DNA of 32,000 bases from positions 1 through 32,000 of the forward strand of contig DXJG01000013.1 of the NCBI GenBank assembly GCA_019056805.1. Reading direction: 5' to 3'. Position numbers and translations under genes: made by a program. The notes beneath the pieces were generated by a model. That model saw only the letters and a list, made by a program, of their open reading frames with translations, was not told where the DNA came from and searched no databases. Position 1 is the first letter of the stretch; every line of letters begins with the position of its first letter. The DNA comes from Candidatus Baldrarchaeota archaeon. Its GTDB lineage: Archaea > Asgardarchaeota > Baldrarchaeia > Baldrarchaeales > DXJG01. Of the stretch, positions 27,623 to 32,000 are shown in pieces.

Positions 27623-27862
27623 ATGGCTCGGACAATTGCTATTTCTGATGAAGTGTATGAGATGTTAAAGAAGTTGAAGTTACCAGGAGAAAGTTTTAGC
27701 GATGTTATTAAAAGGTTGATAAAGCGTGGCGGACGTCTTTCTGATATTGCTGGCTCTGGAACTGTAACGAAAGAAGGGTGGGAAGAACTGAAGAAGTTGA
27801 GAGAAAAGAGGGAAAGATTAGATGAGGAAAGGAAAAAGATGTTAATGGAAACTTTACGGTGA
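27623..27862 (+). CDS. vapB: VapB-type antitoxin (DUF217/COG1753-like)
   Basis: RTIAISDEVYEML..LKLPGESFSDVIKRL; directly upstream of a PIN gene; ATG after GAGGTG. Confidence 0.88.
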   Translation: MARTIAISDEVYEMLKKLKLPGESFSDVIKRLIKRGGRLSDIAGSGTVTKEGWEELKKLREKRERLDEERKKMLMETLR

Positions 27863-27867
27863 TAAAA

Positions 27868-28278
27868 ATGTACCTATTTGACACTGATTTCATTATTAAT
27901 TTGGTAAGAGGGGACAAGAGTGCTGTAAGGTTTGCAAAGAAAGTTGATGAAGAAATGGCCTTTCGTGCAATATCGGTTGTTTCTGCACATGAATACCTTC
28001 TGGGAGTCTATTTCTCTCATTGGAAAAATCCAGAAAGACTGTCAGAAATGCTTGTAAAAGCCGAATCAGAACTAATGAGATTTGAAATTATCCCATATAC
28101 CTATGAAATAGCGAAAAAATCAGCTGAAATAGACGCTCATCTAACAAAATCAGGTCAAACAATAAGTTTAGCAGATATAATAATTGCGGCAACAGCAATA
28201 GTTCACAATTTACAGCTCGTTACGAGAAATGTAAGACATTTCTCTCGAATTTCAAACTTAAAAATAAAAACTTACTAA
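27868..28278 (+). CDS. vapC: VapC PIN-domain ribonuclease toxin
   Basis: FDTDFII, SAHE, DIIIAATA, LVTRNVRHF. Confidence 0.92.
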   Translation: MYLFDTDFIINLVRGDKSAVRFAKKVDEEMAFRAISVVSAHEYLLGVYFSHWKNPERLSEMLVKAESELMRFEIIPYTYEIAKKSAEIDAHLTKSGQTISLADIIIAATAIVHNLQLVTRNVRHFSRISNLKIKTY

Positions 28279-28366
28279 CAAAACACATTTTCCAGATATA
28301 CATATATAACTGGACATTTTCGAGCGGATGTTTACTAACCTTGTATAGGAAATATTGGAACCAAAT

Positions 28367-29185
28367 TTATAGGAAACCTGCTGAAAAGCTTTTATTTTTT
28401 ATTGCAAACTTCTTAGCGCATGTAGATAGTAGTTTTCTCGTTCCCCCCGCTTCACTCACTACCTTTAACATCAAATCTACATCAATTATACGTGCACCCA
28501 TAATGGCAGTTATTCCTCTTTTAAAGAGAGGATCAGGGACAACAGATGCTGTTGGGCCTAACAATATGAATTCTCTTGCATTTTTACCTAGTTCTAAGAG
28601 TCTATCTAATGTTTTGTTTACAAGAGTGCTACCCGTAGCGATTACGACATCTGCCTCAGGTACAATATATTCTGCTGCAAAATCAGGAAGAATCTCCACG
28701 TTTTCCATTTTCAAGAGGTTTCTTTCAAGTACTATTAACTTATTGGTTTTTTCAAGAATAGAAGGAATAAGTGGCTTAAAAAGCCCAATCATAACAACCT
28801 CATCATCCTTTTCCACTAGATCAACGACGTCTACATTTAAGAAATTGTATTTATCCGCTTCTTTTTCAAACACTATGCTTGATGCTGCATTTAATGTAGC
28901 AACCCCGATAGATGCCTCCAAGAGATTCCAAGAAGATGCAAATTTAACTGCTTCCCTAAGCGACCTACCACTAATACTTCCTTTTATTGAGAGACATATT
29001 TCATGTAGAGATGTCACGGTTTCCTCAATAAGTGTATACGCGACTCCACCGTGTCCAGATGATAATTTTACCCCCGTGTATAGAAGTCCAATACGTACAT
29101 CCTCTAAAAGCACATTATCAAATAAGGAATCTCCCAGCTTCCTCAAAAGAAAATTCGCTATTTCTTCAACAATGGGTGTTAACAT
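28367..29185 (-). CDS. DUF364 family (putative heavy-metal chelation) protein
   Basis: RIGLLYTGV..G..GVA, ASIGVATLNA, MIGLF.P, VLER, ATGSTLVNKT, LGPTAS. Confidence 0.85.
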   Translation of the reverse strand: MLTPIVEEIANFLLRKLGDSLFDNVLLEDVRIGLLYTGVKLSSGHGGVAYTLIEETVTSLHEICLSIKGSISGRSLREAVKFASSWNLLEASIGVATLNAASSIVFEKEADKYNFLNVDVVDLVEKDDEVVMIGLFKPLIPSILEKTNKLIVLERNLLKMENVEILPDFAAEYIVPEADVVIATGSTLVNKTLDRLLELGKNAREFILLGPTASVVPDPLFKRGITAIMGARIIDVDLMLKVVSEAGGTRKLLSTCAKKFAIKNKSFSAGFL

Positions 29186-29240
29186 GACTTCCCCCTTATA
29201 ACTAATATTTACAGGTAATTTTCATTTAATCTAGGTTAAA

Positions 29241-29570
29241 TTATGTTTCCTTAAAGTATTGTTGATAATGTTCTTCTAAAGCTAGTATAAGTTCTCCATA
29301 AGATTCAAGTAAATGGCTTTTCTCATGTTCAGCCTTACTCATCGTCTCCAATGCGTCACTAAACGCCTGTATCGCCTCAAATCTAAGCTTTAACAATTCT
29401 TTGAATTGCTCAGGTCCTGGTTTAACTCCCACTTTCTCAATAGCGTCATTTAACCTTGCAAATTTCGTTATACAGTCTTTTAACGCCTCAATACCTTCTT
29501 TTTCATACTTTAAAAATTCGTTAAGTCTAACTTCTAGTTTTCGAATTTCCTTGGCCAATTTTTCTGGCAT
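29241..29570 (-). CDS. hypothetical all-helical protein (109 aa)
   Basis: Open frame with GGTGA RBS; amphipathic helical pattern; no family recognised. Confidence 0.75.
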   Translation of the reverse strand: MPEKLAKEIRKLEVRLNEFLKYEKEGIEALKDCITKFARLNDAIEKVGVKPGPEQFKELLKLRFEAIQAFSDALETMSKAEHEKSHLLESYGELILALEEHYQQYFKET

Positions 29571-29666
29571 AATATCACCTAACTATAAATGATAATGGAA
29601 CATTATTTTAAATCAATTTTAGGTCAAACATTGAGAATTAAAATATAATTGTTGTAGGGAATTGTG

Positions 29667-30131
29667 TTAAATGTGTTCGTGATGTCCGTGTCTATGCATT
29701 TTACAAGCATTTTTATCTGTTGCCTCTTGAAGTTTTCCGGCCTTCCATGCTTCAATAACTTCTCTCACAGTTCCTGTCGCACCAACGTAGACTTCAATTC
29801 CAAACTGTTCAAACATTTTAATCGCTCTCGGGCCAATACCTGAACAAAGCATCACATCCACACCATGTTCCCTCATTATCTCCGGCGGATACCCGCTTCC
29901 ACCCATATGCATACTTGTATTCGGAATAACTTTGACCTCCCCTGTTTTTAAATTAAAAATTGTGAATGTTGGAGCTCTTCCAAAATGATCACTAACATAA
30001 TCATTTAAACCTCCATGTCCAAGTGTTGGGACACAAACCCTTATATTCTCACTTTCTTTCTTGATATTTGATTTTTTCATCGTTTCAAGCAGTTTTTTCC
30101 TTTTTATTCTTTCAAGTTCAAAATTTTTCAT
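29667..30131 (-). CDS. NifB/NifX (dinitrogenase FeMo-cofactor-like) family protein with His-rich tail
   Basis: VSDHFGRAPTF, GVDVMLCSGIGPRA..F...GIEVY; tail CKMHRHGHHEHI. Confidence 0.9.
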   Translation of the reverse strand: MKNFELERIKRKKLLETMKKSNIKKESENIRVCVPTLGHGGLNDYVSDHFGRAPTFTIFNLKTGEVKVIPNTSMHMGGSGYPPEIMREHGVDVMLCSGIGPRAIKMFEQFGIEVYVGATGTVREVIEAWKAGKLQEATDKNACKMHRHGHHEHI

Positions 30132-30163
30132 ATATTTCTACCTCCATTCTTGTTCACATATTT

Positions 30164-30263
30164 TTAGGCACCTAAGGCTGATTTCCAATAAGGATTACCC
30201 ACGATGCAAAAAATGATGTAGGGGATAATAGAGTGGTTAAAGATCATTTTTAGGGAAACCTAA
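30164..30263. promoter_or_regulatory. two TTAGG...CCTAA palindromes (DtxR/MntR-like operator candidates)
   Basis: TTAGG-CA-CCTAA at 30164-30175 and TTAGG-GAAA-CCTAA at 30250-30263, upstream of the NifX-like gene. Confidence 0.45.
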
Positions 30264-30443
30264 CTTCCAATTGCGTATTTTACGTTTAACAATTTATGTG
30301 TATATGCATTAAAATATTTCGTACTCTAATTAGGATAAGATGTTAAAAATTGAAACTTAAAATTAAAATTTCATAATCTAGGATCTTTAAATTTCATTTT
30401 AATGATTAAAAGCTAATACGATATAGTAAATTGACTTTATAAA

Positions 30444-30758
30444 TTGTTATTTCTAACATGTTACTCTATCGACGATTCTTTCAACATTCCAGGTTTATAT
30501 CTTGCCCAAAAAAAGATACTCAGAATAAACAATGAGAACTGTAAACATTACCTTGAGGCATTAGATAAAATAAGGGTATGTCCTTTCCTTAAAAGACAAA
30601 TTGCATTTCCTAGCAGTTACATCTATATATGCGAGGCCTCTAAGTATGTGCATGTTTCATTCTCAAAGATAAACGAAGTACAACTCTCCAAGCATTATAG
30701 AAAGAAAAATAGAAAAATTAGTAAAATAAAACAAATAAACTTTGAAATGTTTGATTAG
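30444..30758 (+). pseudogene. decayed partial duplicate of the Cys-repeat region of 30843-31790
   Basis: 30540-30677 aligns gap-free with 31533-31670 (29/46 identical aa by my count); the last two Cys of the repeat are lost. Confidence 0.7.
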
Positions 30759-30842
30759 TTGATCTTATTTCTATATTTAGAATGGAGTTAAGGTTTAATG
30801 GTTTAGTTGCATAATATTTAGCTAAGAGGGGGTGATGTTAAA

Positions 30843-31790
30843 TTGGGTTATTATATGAAGTTACTAGTAGATTCGGCTTTTTCAGTCTTGTACTTTGTTA
30901 TTTCCCGCAAAATTGGCAAAAATTATGGGAGATGTTTTAAACTTAAAAATGGGAGGCTATGCGGAGTAATCATGTGTGAAAATTATATCCCCAGTTTTAT
31001 AGGGTTGGCTTCAATAGCCTTTATATTAAGGGAGGAAGAGAACAACAAGACAGTTTTAGAAATATTTTCATATGGTGGCATAATTCCAAGACATTTCGGT
31101 ATGTTTTCAAGCCGTTTCAGCGTAGTTTCAGGCAATCTAATTTATCAACAACATAAACAACGTGTTCATAATGTCTCTAAAATGCTGAAAAATCTTGGAT
31201 TTAAATATGAAATATTAGAGGAAATTCGTGACTTTACTTCTCAAAGTATTTCTTCTGAACTTGAAAAACTAATTTTAGAAAAGGGAGAGCTAACTTTCGA
31301 GAAGAAAAGGTTAGAGAATATAGAATTGAAGAAAGAAATCGTGGAGAGACGTGAACCTGTTCAATTTCTACCAGAAAAGATGAGGAGTTTAGCTCCTTGC
31401 CCTTTCCTAGAAATTTCACCAGAGTTTTCAGATATTTATATTTGCGGCGTTTCAAAACATGTTTATGTTACTCAAAGCTCTCTAAGCGAAAAAGAGGCTA
31501 TAGATAGATGTACTGGAAATCATTACACGGGCTGTAAAAATTATCTTGAAGCATTAAATAAATTGAAAATGTGTCCTTTTCCTAAACGACGGGTTGTACT
31601 TCCTGGTAGGTACATTTACATCTGTGAGACCTCAAAATATGTACAAGTTCCATTTTCAAAGCTAGATGAAGAAGATTTGCTAAGATACTGTGTTGAAAAT
31701 AGATACTATGATTGCACCTACTACTTAAACACATTAAACATAATAGAAAAAAGAATAAAGGAAATAGAGAAGAAAATAGCAGAAAAGTAG
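30843..31790 (+). CDS. hypothetical protein with two tandem four-Cys repeats
   Basis: TTG after GGGGGTGA; repeats start at residues 186 and 244 with pattern C-x14/16-C-x21-C-x7-C. Confidence 0.8.
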   Translation: MGYYMKLLVDSAFSVLYFVISRKIGKNYGRCFKLKNGRLCGVIMCENYIPSFIGLASIAFILREEENNKTVLEIFSYGGIIPRHFGMFSSRFSVVSGNLIYQQHKQRVHNVSKMLKNLGFKYEILEEIRDFTSQSISSELEKLILEKGELTFEKKRLENIELKKEIVERREPVQFLPEKMRSLAPCPFLEISPEFSDIYICGVSKHVYVTQSSLSEKEAIDRCTGNHYTGCKNYLEALNKLKMCPFPKRRVVLPGRYIYICETSKYVQVPFSKLDEEDLLRYCVENRYYDCTYYLNTLNIIEKRIKEIEKKIAEK

Positions 31791-32000
31791 AATTTTGAAA
31801 AAAGCAAGTGCAACTTTATATACGTGTATGTTTGATCGCTTTTATCAAAATGACTGGAGGTAAAGCTCTCCCCATTTCTTAATCATTTTAATAGCTTCAT
31901 CGTAATCTTTTTGTGCTTTGAGAAATTAAGGGAATTCAACATAAGACATGTTAGGCTTAGTGTTTTATCGGAAACATAGCCGCTGTAAAATTTTATGAAA

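Noticed and set aside
24937-29230. Identical 15-mer TAATTTTCATTTAAT at 24937-24951 and 29216-29230
   Set aside because: It is nearly all A/T and non-palindromic; a few such matches are expected by chance in 32 kb of this composition.
2825-31455. Numerous overlapping opposite-strand or off-frame ORFs (e.g. 4731-5099, 6602-7288, 16457-17089, 21294-22049, 28341-29201)
   Set aside because: They lie over well-supported genes, lack an RBS and motifs, and show the Ser/Phe/Ile bias of antisense frames.
31845-31925. Short minus-strand frame KAQKDYDEAIKMIKKWGELYLQSF
   Set aside because: It has no start codon and is bounded by stops; at most an unassignable gene remnant.
1-32000. CRISPR arrays, IS elements, integrases, rRNA/tRNA
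   Set aside because: No regularly spaced repeats, terminal inverted repeats with transposase, or structured RNA genes were seen by eye.

Overview
AT-rich archaeal chromosomal DNA with GGAGG/GGTGA ribosome-binding sites and TTTATATA-type promoters. An Asgard-type host is an inference from the arrestin-fold gene, the stand-alone SCP2 gene and Thorarchaeota-like Ig repeats. In order, the window holds: (1) an MFS transporter plus ChrB-domain gene, an atypical HhH glycosylase-like gene, a two-domain arrestin-fold gene and DUF1847; (2) an acyl-CoA/beta-oxidation module (SCP2-type thiolase, DUF35, 3-hydroxyacyl-CoA dehydrogenase, enoyl-CoA hydratase, and convergent SCP2 plus NDP-forming acyl-CoA synthetase alpha subunit); (3) TIGR00341, a DUF4382-like gene, a frameshifted membrane-anchored wHTH regulator, an HD-like gene and rubrerythrin-VIT1; (4) a tandem pair of paralogous long coiled-coil + C-terminal winged-helix proteins; (5) a ~1080-aa beta-helix/Ig surface protein whose signal peptide lies in another frame, joinable by a -1 shift at an A_AAA_AAT heptamer; (6) a metal island (CopA, YHS chaperone, two unannotated paralogous small membrane proteins, DUF3267, CopR, FTR1, Cys-rich AbrB/HgcC-like, VapBC, DUF364, NifX-like) with several palindromic operator candidates; (7) a protein with a tandem four-Cys repeat and a decayed partial copy upstream. 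I found no rRNA, tRNA, CRISPR array or transposase. All family assignments come from motif recognition, not database searches.
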